Shown here in pieces: positions 37,981 through 46,844 of a stretch of 64,000 nt of DNA. The stretch's first letter is position 1; every line of letters begins with the position of its first letter. Under the pieces are notes generated by a model. It was not told where the DNA came from. It saw only the letters and a program-made list of their open reading frames with translations, and did not search any database. Position numbers and translations under genes: made by a program. Source of the DNA: a virus; the IMG/VR virus record IMGVR_UViG_3300028608_000008, positions 32,001 through 96,000 of that record. The stretch is one strand, 5' to 3'.

Positions 37981-38756
37981 GACCGATGATTGGCAATTTC
38001 AGCGGCACCGTTACTGACGCGCACGGCAATACCAAAAAGATTCACCACTTCCCGCAAGTCCTAGCCATTGCCCGTCTGCAAAAAGAAGCGCGCTTGCGTA
38101 TCCTGCTCAAAGCCATCGGCCACCCCGAAGCACTCGACTACCTGAAAACCTACAACGTCGGTGCGGGCAACCTGTATCACAATACACAACATTGCATTGG
38201 CGTTGCTCATTACGCTGTTGAAATTGCGGCAACCGAAACCCTAAACGATCCCCAATTTGCTGGTCTGGTACTGGGTGCCCTGTTCCACGATTTCCATCAC
38301 ACCGGTGGTAATCAACAAGTTCCAGATTCGCACAACATCGAAGCGGCTGTTTCCGGCCTGCACGAATACAAGGCCATGCTGCGCCAGAAAAATGTTGTCG
38401 AGTGGGTTAACTTCGACAAAGTGTTTCCAATCGCCGAAGAAGCAATTCGTGTAACAGAGTTTCCGTTCATACACGAACCGAAAAACATTGTGCAGCAAAT
38501 CATTCGTGACGCCGACCTGCTGTATGCGTCTGCCAGTGCTGACACGCTGTACATTCTGGAAAGCCTGCGTTGCGAAATCATGAAGAAGACCGGCACCAAC
38601 ATCACCCCGGTCGATTTCGTAAAACAGCAACGTTCGTTCCTCAAGGCTGCGACCTTCTACACCGAAGCCGGTCGCGCAATGTTTGACGCCGTGGCGCCGC
38701 TGTCGCTGGACTTGCTGGAAGCCTACGCCAATTCGCAAGAGGATCATAACGAGTAA
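37977..38756 (+). CDS. HD-domain phosphohydrolase
   Basis: YHNTQH, LFHDFHH (HD), IRDADLL. Confidence 0.85.
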   Translation: MRPMIGNFSGTVTDAHGNTKKIHHFPQVLAIARLQKEARLRILLKAIGHPEALDYLKTYNVGAGNLYHNTQHCIGVAHYAVEIAATETLNDPQFAGLVLGALFHDFHHTGGNQQVPDSHNIEAAVSGLHEYKAMLRQKNVVEWVNFDKVFPIAEEAIRVTEFPFIHEPKNIVQQIIRDADLLYASASADTLYILESLRCEIMKKTGTNITPVDFVKQQRSFLKAATFYTEAGRAMFDAVAPLSLDLLEAYANSQEDHNE

Positions 38757-38917
38757 TGGCCGAATCAGTTTTCTACCCAAAGAAAAATATTCGAATCATG
38801 AAAGGTTCGGAAGCGTGGGAAATCTATCACGACAAATCCGACAAGAATCGGAAGCGTCTGGATAAGCACCTCGACAAACTCGACCAAACGTGGCGCGACT
38901 TAGAAGGTCGCCAGTAG
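38756..38917 (+). CDS. Small hypothetical protein (53 aa)
   Basis: Read by hand: TAATG coupling to HD gene; MAESVFYPKKNIRIMKG... Confidence 0.5.
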   Translation: MAESVFYPKKNIRIMKGSEAWEIYHDKSDKNRKRLDKHLDKLDQTWRDLEGRQ

Positions 38918-38935
38918 TAATCGGAGACGGGCACG

Positions 38936-39415
38936 ATGCGACTCTATACTGTAACAATGTGGTACGACGACGTGCCCGTTGACGAACACCTGATTCCGAT
39001 TCCTTCCTTCGGCGAACCAAACTTTTATCGCTGGGGCGCCCGCTGGGAAACTTTCCGCAAACGCAACAACACTGATTTGTACAAGCGCACACTGGCCGCA
39101 CATAAACCGGGAGGCGTGTACATTCCGCCACCGATTCGTGCGTCTGTAAAAGATAAAGATGATTGGGATTGGGATCGGCAGCATTTGATCGACTGTCTTC
39201 TCAAACACAATCAGCCAATTCCGAATGAGCCGGACTGGATCAAACACGACAACATGCTGGAATTCTTTGAGGCCGTTGGTTATGACGATAAAGCGCACCG
39301 GTGGATTCGTCCCGAAGATCGTGAAGCCCACTTTTTGGCAAAGGTTGGTTCACAGATGGACCTTGTTGCGCGCAACTTTGCAAACGATGCCAAAAGGTAT
39401 TGTATCCGACGCTAA
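38936..39415 (+). CDS. Hypothetical protein
   Basis: 159 aa, GGAG RBS. Confidence 0.6.
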   Translation: MRLYTVTMWYDDVPVDEHLIPIPSFGEPNFYRWGARWETFRKRNNTDLYKRTLAAHKPGGVYIPPPIRASVKDKDDWDWDRQHLIDCLLKHNQPIPNEPDWIKHDNMLEFFEAVGYDDKAHRWIRPEDREAHFLAKVGSQMDLVARNFANDAKRYCIRR

Positions 39416-39545
39416 AGGCGAACAGGGAATTCAAGGCACCCCGCTGCGCGGTATCAAAGGCGGCAAAGTCGATCTAGAATTCGATTCGAAGTCCGTAACT
39501 TATAATCCGCGTGAATTCCGCGCCGATAAAGGACCACGTAAATGA
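39387..39545 (+). CDS. Possible small hypothetical protein
   Basis: Fills the gap before 39542; start uncertain. Confidence 0.3.
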   Translation: MPKGIVSDAKGEQGIQGTPLRGIKGGKVDLEFDSKSVTYNPREFRADKGPRK

Positions 39546-40564
39546 CTCTCATAAATCCTGATGCACAACTGACCAAGCGTGCCCCATTCACAATGCTGAC
39601 GCCGAAACCAATCCTCCTTGACGGCCCGATCAAGGAACTGGATTTGGAAAAGCTGAAACCGCTGTGCTACTACATTTACGCCGACGCTACACCATTCGTT
39701 AAAGAAGACGTGTACCGCGATCCGAAAGAAGTCATTCCGGGTTTGCTGACGGATCACTTCAATCTCGTTTACAGCGAGCACCTTCCAAACTTCTGGCGCA
39801 CTCTGAATCTGCCGTACCGGTTTGCAAATCTGGCCATAGCAACCCGTGATACGCTAATCAGCAATCGCATCAACTGCATTACCAACTATCCCGGCCGTGG
39901 CCCATTAATGCAAGGGCGCGAACTTTTCGGAACGCATATCACAGTTCCAGAACTTACTGTGTTTGCTTCATTGTTGTCGGAGATTTTCAATTTCGCTGAC
40001 CACAATCCGAGCCTTGCCAACAACCTCGACGCACTTGCGCCAGACGGTAATAAGGTGGCGTTGCATCACGTTTTCCACCATCTGGATTCGATGGTTCACA
40101 ATTTGAAAGCGCGGGGCTTTCTGCCATTCGGCGTGAACGCAAATGTTTCGCTAAACAGGCACCCCACGCTGGTCTACACCCGTACAGCAACGGCAGAAGA
40201 ACTTGCCGCCGATCCGGACACGCTTTCTTTCGAATACACAATTAGTCCGGGTGGCGTTCTGATTCAGGTCGGCACCATGGTCGCCTGTTTCAACTGCAAC
40301 ATGGAAAGTTTCGACCTGATTATTTTCGGTGATGCCAACACGCTGATCGAAAACGTATTCGGTTACGACACCTTCGGTTCGTGGATGGACGAACAGACCG
40401 GTCAGCGCTACGTCCGTGTTTTCAACCACAGCATCGAAGTCCGCCGCATGCAACAGATGAAAGACGCCTGTGCGATTGCGGCCAATCTTGCTTTCCTGAA
40501 TCCACTGGAACGCAAAGACGTAAACATTCCACTCAACATCACCCACGCTGGAGTTCCAAAATGA
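39542..40564 (+). CDS. Hypothetical protein
   Basis: 340-aa ORF, AAGGA RBS. Confidence 0.65.
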   Translation: MTLINPDAQLTKRAPFTMLTPKPILLDGPIKELDLEKLKPLCYYIYADATPFVKEDVYRDPKEVIPGLLTDHFNLVYSEHLPNFWRTLNLPYRFANLAIATRDTLISNRINCITNYPGRGPLMQGRELFGTHITVPELTVFASLLSEIFNFADHNPSLANNLDALAPDGNKVALHHVFHHLDSMVHNLKARGFLPFGVNANVSLNRHPTLVYTRTATAEELAADPDTLSFEYTISPGGVLIQVGTMVACFNCNMESFDLIIFGDANTLIENVFGYDTFGSWMDEQTGQRYVRVFNHSIEVRRMQQMKDACAIAANLAFLNPLERKDVNIPLNITHAGVPK

Positions 40565-41061
40565 GTAAACGCTATAAAAGCCGTCGCACTCTCACGGGCG
40601 AACCAACCGGTAAGCGCGTTCGCTGGTTGACCATTTCCGGCCGCAAAGCCAGTCTTTCGAAATCGGTCGTCAACAAAGATTTCGACCGCGAATTCCAAAC
40701 CGAACTGGTGGCGCTGAATCACGTTTTCGGCATTTACGAAATCACCGCCGACGGTTTGAAGTACGTGGCGTGGACCGGTCAAGTTGGCGTGTGCAAAGTC
40801 AAAGGCGAACGCCGCCATTGCGTTGCGGGAAATCTGTTTGTCAACGATGACCCTGCGCGTGTCGTAATCTATTCGATGTTTGTTCCGTTTGGTTTGGAAG
40901 CTGAAACCGCAGCCGGTTACGCTGAGCGAATCAACAACGGCATGGCTCGCCCGCTGTTGCAGTGGATGCCACCAGCCGGTGCCATACTGGGCCGAGTCCA
41001 GTTGAAAAGTTTTGGAAAAGAAATCAGCGCTGGGTACAACGCCCTGAAAGCCACCGAGTAA
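40561..41061 (+). CDS. Hypothetical protein
   Basis: GGAG RBS and ATGA overlap favour ATG 40561. Confidence 0.6.
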   Translation: MSKRYKSRRTLTGEPTGKRVRWLTISGRKASLSKSVVNKDFDREFQTELVALNHVFGIYEITADGLKYVAWTGQVGVCKVKGERRHCVAGNLFVNDDPARVVIYSMFVPFGLEAETAAGYAERINNGMARPLLQWMPPAGAILGRVQLKSFGKEISAGYNALKATE

Positions 41062-41121
41062 AAACGTTCGATTTCCTCTGATTTGAAGAATTTAATGGTA
41101 GTGACACAAGAGGCCACTACC

Positions 41122-41835
41122 ATGCGTTCTATCATCGACCTGATCCTGTCTCTGTTTCGGAAAGCACCAGAACCAACCCCGGTTCCTGCTCCCGAACCTG
41201 CGCCGGTTACGGAAGAAAAATCTGAGGAAATCGAAATGCCTACTCCAATCATCGTGACCGGCTTCGTTAGCGAAAAGTTTGAATCGGGCGGTCGCGGCGT
41301 TTCCACGGTGAGCACCGGCAAAGGTGACAACGGCGGCGTTTCCTACGGGAAGCACCAACTGAGCACCAACGCTGGCACCATGGCTGCGTTCTTGAAATCG
41401 GAATTCGGGAAACCGTTTACCGAGTTCAATGGTTACACTCCGGGCACCACTGCTTTCAACGCGGTTTACAAAAGCGTTGCCAGCAAACGCGCTGATGAAT
41501 TCGCGGCAGCACAAGCGGCGTTCATTCGGAAAACCCATTACGAGCCCCAAGCCGCAACGCTTGAAAAGGCCGGGTGGAATCTCGGTAAACGCCACCAAGC
41601 CGTTCGCGAAATGGTTTACTCGACGGCAGTGCAGTACGGTCCAAACACTTCGGTTCTGCTGAATTGTTCTTGGCTTCCGTCTGATACCGACGAACAACTG
41701 ATTATCAAAGCGCAGCAATTCAAAAAGCGCAGCGTTCCCACCTACTTCAAGAAAAGCAGCATTGCGGTTCAGAAGTCGGTCGAAGATCGCTGCCAAAACG
41801 AACAGGCCGTTTTGCTGGCCTTCCTGAAAGGGTAA
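41122..41835 (+). CDS. Putative endolysin (lysozyme-like muramidase, VgrG3-effector-like family)
   Basis: FESG..GDNGGVSYGKHQL..HYEP..YSTAVQYG; stand-alone homologue of the tail muramidase domain; GAGG RBS. Confidence 0.75.
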   Translation: MRSIIDLILSLFRKAPEPTPVPAPEPAPVTEEKSEEIEMPTPIIVTGFVSEKFESGGRGVSTVSTGKGDNGGVSYGKHQLSTNAGTMAAFLKSEFGKPFTEFNGYTPGTTAFNAVYKSVASKRADEFAAAQAAFIRKTHYEPQAATLEKAGWNLGKRHQAVREMVYSTAVQYGPNTSVLLNCSWLPSDTDEQLIIKAQQFKKRSVPTYFKKSSIAVQKSVEDRCQNEQAVLLAFLKG

Positions 41836-41839
41836 CACC

Positions 41840-42319
41840 ATGCTCAAACTTCCGGCGCACGTTGCGGAATGGCATTACAAATCCGTTTCTGTTTGCGGGA
41901 CCGACGTGGGGCTTTTGTCCGACGAAGACACTTGCAAACATTTGCAGGATCGCCAAGTATTCACCGATGCTGTTTGGGGACCGGATCGCAGCGACGAAAA
42001 GCCTATCGGTTTTCGAATCAAGAACCCGGTCGGCCTACTCGCCATTGACCCGGACCTAAACGCACTGGCGCAACTGGCAGTGCGTTCCGGAAAGAAGTCG
42101 GATTCAGTTTTCGAACTGTTTACGCATTTGTTGATTCTGCTCAAGATACCAACGGGCAAACAATCGCATACCGTGGTGCCAATCATTCGTGAAGCGTTGA
42201 AAGAACGTTACACGGTTGAATCGCAACACACTCACGAACTGTCTTTGCTCTGCGCAAACGTGGTTCGGGTTTTGCGGCGGTTGACCCCGAAGCTGTTGCT
42301 GGAAATGCCGAAAGGCTGA
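41840..42319 (+). CDS. Hypothetical protein
   Basis: 159 aa, follows the endolysin in the same operon. Confidence 0.6.
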   Translation: MLKLPAHVAEWHYKSVSVCGTDVGLLSDEDTCKHLQDRQVFTDAVWGPDRSDEKPIGFRIKNPVGLLAIDPDLNALAQLAVRSGKKSDSVFELFTHLLILLKIPTGKQSHTVVPIIREALKERYTVESQHTHELSLLCANVVRVLRRLTPKLLLEMPKG

Positions 42320-42329
42320 CGAAGAACCG

Positions 42330-42365
42330 AAAGGGTGGCCCTAGTGCCGCCCTTTCTTCGTTTCT
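42330..42365 (+). terminator. Rho-independent terminator (CCTAGT loop)
   Basis: AAAGGGTGGC-CCTAGT-GCCGCCCTTT then CTTCGTTT. Confidence 0.75.
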
Positions 42366-42388
42366 GGATTCTGGAAAAACGCGTCGGG

Positions 42389-42505
42389 AAACCTCCCTTA
42401 GTCCGTAAGGGTAAGTCATTTCAAACCGAAGACGGCTATGGGATAATGTCAATACTGGGGAGAAGCCTAGCCCGGAACATTACACTTACGAGTTAGAGGA
42501 AGTTT
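42389..42505 (+). promoter_or_regulatory. Inverted-repeat-bracketed sigma70-like promoter cassette 1
   Basis: Arms 42389-42409 and 42485-42505; -35 TTTCAA 42419-24, 17-bp spacer, extended -10 TGg-GATAAT 42439-47. Confidence 0.75.
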
Positions 42506-42509
42506 GAGC

Positions 42510-42812
42510 ATGAGCAAGAAGCCGAGCGTTTACATTGACCACACCGCCGACGAATTGTTTGTAGATTGCGCCGACGATTTAACCTACCGCGTTTCGGACC
42601 TGATCGAATCGCTGGTTGAAGACGGGTTCTGTCCGAGAAGCGCAGCGCTAGTTGATGCCGCGTGGGAATGGTCGAAACTTTGGGAAAGCGCGCACGACAC
42701 AACCGGCACGCTGACCGCGCAATACCGAATCAACAGCGGGTTCTTCCACTGCGCGCAACCGTCACAGCGCACAATCGAACGCCGCGCAATCGCTGCATAC
42801 TTCGGCGGGTAA
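42510..42812 (+). CDS. Hypothetical protein (first gene after cassette 1)
   Basis: GAGG RBS lies inside the right arm; ATG 42510. Confidence 0.6.
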   Translation: MSKKPSVYIDHTADELFVDCADDLTYRVSDLIESLVEDGFCPRSAALVDAAWEWSKLWESAHDTTGTLTAQYRINSGFFHCAQPSQRTIERRAIAAYFGG

Positions 42813-42822
42813 ACATTCGCCA

Positions 42823-42838
42823 CGGGGCTTCGGCCCCG
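42823..42838 (+). other. cUUCGg hairpin without U-tract
   Basis: CGGGGC-TTCG-GCCCCG. Confidence 0.6.
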
Positions 42839-42887
42839 ACTCAAACTCGTAAACTGCAAACAATTCAGATTTTTCGGAACTCATATC

Positions 42888-43031
42888 ATGTACGCCACTC
42901 AAGTAAAAACCAAGAAAGTCGCTGCAACAAAATCGTGGGAATGGGACGCTGTGTTTGTGCAGGCTGATTCTGCGCACCAGAAAAAAGTGCAGGATGCCCA
43001 GCGCCGTTTCCGCAACGCAATCACCCGCTAA
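42888..43031 (+). CDS. Small hypothetical protein (47 aa)
   Basis: Read by hand: MYATQVKTKKVAATKSWEWDAVFV...; its stop lies in the junction repeat. Confidence 0.5.
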   Translation: MYATQVKTKKVAATKSWEWDAVFVQADSAHQKKVQDAQRRFRNAITR

Positions 43032-43295
43032 CTGTTTGGAAAACTGACCATGCCTGACCAAAAACCGACCTGCCCATTCAGCACGCACATTTACCACTGC
43101 GATGATCCACGTTACGACGGAATGTGCGTTAACGGTGAATTGCTGGAAGAAGAATTCCCCGGCCAAGGTGTTTACGTGTGGTACAACGAAAACGGTGATG
43201 CTTTGGGTCGCGCTCGTATCGACGGCGCCAAAGCGTTTAAGGGCCAGTACGTCACCCCGATTGTTCGCGACTAACTGTTTGGAAAACTGACCATG
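43028..43295 (+). repeat. Identical 25-nt stop/RBS/start junction repeat x2
   Basis: CTAACTGTTTGGAAAACTGACCATG at 43028-43052 and 43271-43295. Confidence 0.9.
43050..43274 (+). CDS. Hypothetical protein
   Basis: 74 aa, bounded by the junction repeats. Confidence 0.6.
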   Translation: MPDQKPTCPFSTHIYHCDDPRYDGMCVNGELLEEEFPGQGVYVWYNENGDALGRARIDGAKAFKGQYVTPIVRD

Positions 43296-43541
43296 ATTAT
43301 TCTGACCATCCTCCTTTGGGCCGTTATTGTTTACCTGTTGCTGGGCTGCGCTGTTGTCAGCCTCGCTGTTTGGTTCTGGTACAAGACCGAGCGTGAAAGC
43401 GTCGAGTACCAATTCGACTGGTTGAAAAATGCCAGTTGGAAAATGCGTGGGGCCGCTGTTTTGTTGGCCGTGTGGTACGGCGTCATTTGCTGGTTGCCGA
43501 TTGCGGCAGGCTGGATGACTCGCCCAACTAAATTCCGCTAA
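43293..43541 (+). CDS. Small membrane protein
   Basis: Two hydrophobic segments. Confidence 0.6.
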   Translation: MIILTILLWAVIVYLLLGCAVVSLAVWFWYKTERESVEYQFDWLKNASWKMRGAAVLLAVWYGVICWLPIAAGWMTRPTKFR

Positions 43542-43575
43542 CTGCAAACATTTCGATTCGACAAGGAGCCACACA

Positions 43576-44781
43576 ATGTCCACTAAAAGCATCGTCGCTG
43601 CAAACGATATCCTGCGTGCCAAACACCGCGTTGAAATTGTCCCGCGTGGCCGTGGTTTTGTTTTCCATCACATGGACCCGCACATTCTGGAACAAGACAA
43701 AGCTGTTCGCGAATACGCGCACGGCAAAAAGACCGCCGACCTGACCGTCGAAGAACTGGTGCTGTACGGCGAACAATTCGCTTCGATCAAAACAGGAAAA
43801 GAACCCGTGACCACAAACATCGCACTCGCAAACATTTCGCTTAAAGAACACGGCGTCGAGATTCGCAAAACTGGTCGCACGTTTGTTTACGCGCATATTG
43901 ACCCGGAACACGAAGCGCGTCACCCTGCGCAAAACCTGCGGGTCTACATTGGCGAAAACGCTTCGATCAATGGCATTCGCCCGGTCGAGTTGATCGCGCA
44001 CGGCGTCGAGTTTGTAGATTCGCTGCCTGACGAATCCCCAGTCCAAGGTGGCTCGACTGCCGACCTGAAATACAAAATCGAAACGACCGAAGTTGAAGCC
44101 GGTTGGAACGATTCCGGATTCCGTCACCGAGTTGTTTGCAGTGACGGGCGTGTTTCCCGCTGGGCGCCGTACAGCGTGATTTCGTTCCTTGATGATTGCG
44201 CCAGCGTGCCGCCGTATTTCACCGATGGTAACGACAACAAAATCATGACCGTGCGCGAAGCGTTTGCGCTGGTGGCCTACGGTGAAGAAACGCAAACAGT
44301 TGCGCAGCCGGGAACGCAAAGCGCTGTCGAAATGGAAGCGGTGGACGAAGCCACGCCGACCGAACTGTCAGAACATCCGACCGCCCTTGTTTTCCGAAAC
44401 ATGAACGGCACCCGCGCCGGGTCGTTTGAGTTTGGCTGGATGTGGGGAGGCAGCGCCGTTGACAAACAACTCAACGTTTTGGCCGAACCCGACCGATTCG
44501 GAAAGTTGACGGATGCGGGTTCGCTTGTTTTGCCGGTGCATGAATACCTGTTGATTCTGGACGACACAAACCACTACTGGGGCACTGGCAAAACAATTGA
44601 ACAGGCAATTACCGCCATGCCAAACAACATGGACACGCTGCCAAACAATTGCTGCATCTACACCAGCCCCGCACCGATGACCGTGAACGAAAATGGTTGC
44701 GTGCGCGGAACCGGCAAACATATTCCGGTGCAAATCATGAGCAAGCTGGGCAAAACAATTCGCCCGGTGATGCCGAAGTAA
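43576..44781 (+). CDS. Hypothetical protein
   Basis: 401 aa, AAGGAG RBS. Confidence 0.65.
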   Translation: MSTKSIVAANDILRAKHRVEIVPRGRGFVFHHMDPHILEQDKAVREYAHGKKTADLTVEELVLYGEQFASIKTGKEPVTTNIALANISLKEHGVEIRKTGRTFVYAHIDPEHEARHPAQNLRVYIGENASINGIRPVELIAHGVEFVDSLPDESPVQGGSTADLKYKIETTEVEAGWNDSGFRHRVVCSDGRVSRWAPYSVISFLDDCASVPPYFTDGNDNKIMTVREAFALVAYGEETQTVAQPGTQSAVEMEAVDEATPTELSEHPTALVFRNMNGTRAGSFEFGWMWGGSAVDKQLNVLAEPDRFGKLTDAGSLVLPVHEYLLILDDTNHYWGTGKTIEQAITAMPNNMDTLPNNCCIYTSPAPMTVNENGCVRGTGKHIPVQIMSKLGKTIRPVMPK

Positions 44782-44783
44782 AC

Positions 44784-44831
44784 AGATAAACCCGTCTGGC
44801 GATTTGTGAAAGTCGCCAGTCTGGTTGAACT
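44784..44831 (+). repeat. Conserved intergenic hairpin element, copy 1
   Basis: AGATAAACCCGTCTGGCGATTTGTGAAAGTCGCCAGTCTGGTTGAACT; near-identical to 53930-53976. Confidence 0.85.
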
Positions 44832-44873
44832 GTCAGCCATTGGACATTCAAAACTGTTTGGAGGAATCTGTAA

Positions 44874-45317
44874 ATGATCTTTATCGCCGCGCTGGTGGAC
44901 GCGCAAATGTCCAACGAAGATTTCCTGTTTGCGGTAAAACACAACCCGCAATTCAACGGCATGAAATTCAAAGGCAACGTGGAAATGGCCGAGTGTTCGC
45001 AACCGGCTGGTCGCATGCGCCGCTTCATCTGGAAAATCTCTGACGAAGAAATCCATTCGACCGACGTAACGCTGGTTATCATGTTTAACCAAACCCTTGA
45101 CCAGCGTTCGGTTGTCGATCACCAATTCATGCTGAGCCGCCGTCAATCCGAGATTCAAGAATGTTTGGATTGGCTGGCCGACCAACTTCACCCGGTCGAT
45201 GTTGAAACCCAGTTCCTCGAAAACGGCAACATCGCCTATCATCTGCGCGCCTGTGAAATCGAAAAGCTGTCGTCGGCATTCGCCTCGCACAAGCGCAAAC
45301 TACTCAAGGAAGTCTAA
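44874..45317 (+). CDS. Hypothetical protein
   Basis: 147 aa, GGAGG RBS. Confidence 0.6.
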   Translation: MIFIAALVDAQMSNEDFLFAVKHNPQFNGMKFKGNVEMAECSQPAGRMRRFIWKISDEEIHSTDVTLVIMFNQTLDQRSVVDHQFMLSRRQSEIQECLDWLADQLHPVDVETQFLENGNIAYHLRACEIEKLSSAFASHKRKLLKEV

Positions 45318-45319
45318 TA

Positions 45320-45583
45320 ATGCTGCCTCAAACTATCGTAACCATTTTGCAGGTCGTGTTGGTGCTGTCGTTGGTTTTGACCATCGTGACTAAAACCCGC
45401 CATCACCAAAAGATGATGGAGATTAAAGATCAGCATATCAAAATGCTGCGCGATGCCAATCAAAAACTGATTGTAGAAAAGGCCGAAATGAATGCGGCGC
45501 TGCTTGAGTCCCTCGTAAACATCGAACGGACCAAACAGGAAATGCGACTAATCTCCGACAAACTGGACAGGTTGAATGGATAA
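45320..45583 (+). CDS. Membrane-anchored coiled-coil protein
   Basis: N-terminal hydrophobic helix plus heptad-like tail. Confidence 0.55.
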   Translation: MLPQTIVTILQVVLVLSLVLTIVTKTRHHQKMMEIKDQHIKMLRDANQKLIVEKAEMNAALLESLVNIERTKQEMRLISDKLDRLNG

Positions 45584-45927
45584 TGGAATGGTCGAAAGTT
45601 GTAGAAATCGCCCGAGCAATCACAATCGGCACGGCCCCGATGTTGTCCCTTGCTTTGATTTTGTTTGCGTGCAAATGGCGCAGCGCTTCCAAAGAACTGC
45701 GCGCTGTCCGCAAAGAGCGTGACGCACTGCAAAAGGAATTGGATGACACCAAGCTTGCCGAACAAGCTGACTTGCGGATGCGTGCCCGACTAGACACGGC
45801 TCGCGATTACCGTGCAGCAAACCGTTTGGCTAAAGTGCTGGACGAAAACGAAAAGTGGGATAAGCGCGGAGAACCCATTACTCCCCAACCCCGAAAAACT
45901 TGCAAAAAGAAAGGTGAACTGGAATGA
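45583..45927 (+). CDS. Membrane-anchored coiled-coil protein
   Basis: TAATG coupling; hydrophobic helix then K/E-rich helix. Confidence 0.55.
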   Translation: MEWSKVVEIARAITIGTAPMLSLALILFACKWRSASKELRAVRKERDALQKELDDTKLAEQADLRMRARLDTARDYRAANRLAKVLDENEKWDKRGEPITPQPRKTCKKKGELE

Positions 45928-46844
45928 GCGATTATATCTATCGCGTTGTATTGGCAAATGGTGAAATCGTTTCGGTGAAAGGGCCGCTGTCCTACGTCTC
46001 AAATTGTTTGGAGGGATTGGGTGCCCAATACCGCTCCTACACTCCGGCCGAAACTCCGGTAAACAATTGGGCCGACGTAAACTCTAGAGAAAGCATAGAA
46101 TTTCTGAATGCTCGCGCAATGCGGGCGCAACTGGAGGTGTTGAAAAAGCAAAAGCCGTTTGCCGAGGTAGTCCAAAATCTTTGCGTGATTGCCCATCTGC
46201 CGTTCGATCCAAACGACGCCGAAATCACTGTGCAGAATCTGATTCAGTGGAACGTGCAGGTTGCGACTGATCCGACCGTTTCGAAAGACGCGTACAACCT
46301 GCACCGACAAATCACCGCACGCAATGAATTTCTGGCTCGCGATATTCTGCCGTTGACCGACAAACTCGACGGCGTTGATCCGCGTATTCTGGATAAGCTG
46401 CGCCACTACATTTCGGAAAGCCCCGGCGACACGCCATACGATCCGACCGAATTCGAAAACTTGGACGTTTCGGAATTCGACCGGCAGGATCGTCACCCTG
46501 ATCCAGAAATGGAATCGGATGTTGCAGCCGGTCGCGAAGCGGCCCGTCGTCGTTTGGAAAAGCGCAAAGCTCCAAACGTTTTGCGTTCGCAAGCGCAGGC
46601 AGACGCCCCGAAGTGGTTGGTACGACGGCAAGAGGAATTGCGGAAAGGTGCCGCACTTGCCGCACGCCGCAAAGCGCTCAACCTGAAACGTGAACAACTG
46701 GCTGCGCTGATCGGCACCACTGCGCAAAAAATCCGCCGCGTTGAATGCGGCCTGTCCCTGATCGGCACCAAAACGATTCGCCCGCAAATGGCACGCGAAC
46801 TGCGCCGCCTTGAGGAACTGAAACGGGAAAGCGAAAACGGGTAA
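45924..46844 (+). CDS. Protein with C-terminal XRE/Cro-C1-type helix-turn-helix
   Basis: RRKALNLKREQLAALIGTTAQKIRRVECG matches the HTH_3 pattern. Confidence 0.7.
   Translation: MSDYIYRVVLANGEIVSVKGPLSYVSNCLEGLGAQYRSYTPAETPVNNWADVNSRESIEFLNARAMRAQLEVLKKQKPFAEVVQNLCVIAHLPFDPNDAEITVQNLIQWNVQVATDPTVSKDAYNLHRQITARNEFLARDILPLTDKLDGVDPRILDKLRHYISESPGDTPYDPTEFENLDVSEFDRQDRHPDPEMESDVAAGREAARRRLEKRKAPNVLRSQAQADAPKWLVRRQEELRKGAALAARRKALNLKREQLAALIGTTAQKIRRVECGLSLIGTKTIRPQMARELRRLEELKRESENG

Noticed and set aside
36483-38756. 2-aminoadenine (Z-genome) pathway suggested by HD plus dUTPase-like genes
   Set aside because: No PurZ in the window, and the HD protein cannot be assigned as DatZ from sequence alone
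45320-45927. Rz/Rz1 spanin or holin assignment
   Set aside because: No lipobox partner, and the pair lies in the early block about 3.5 kb from the endolysin beyond a terminator
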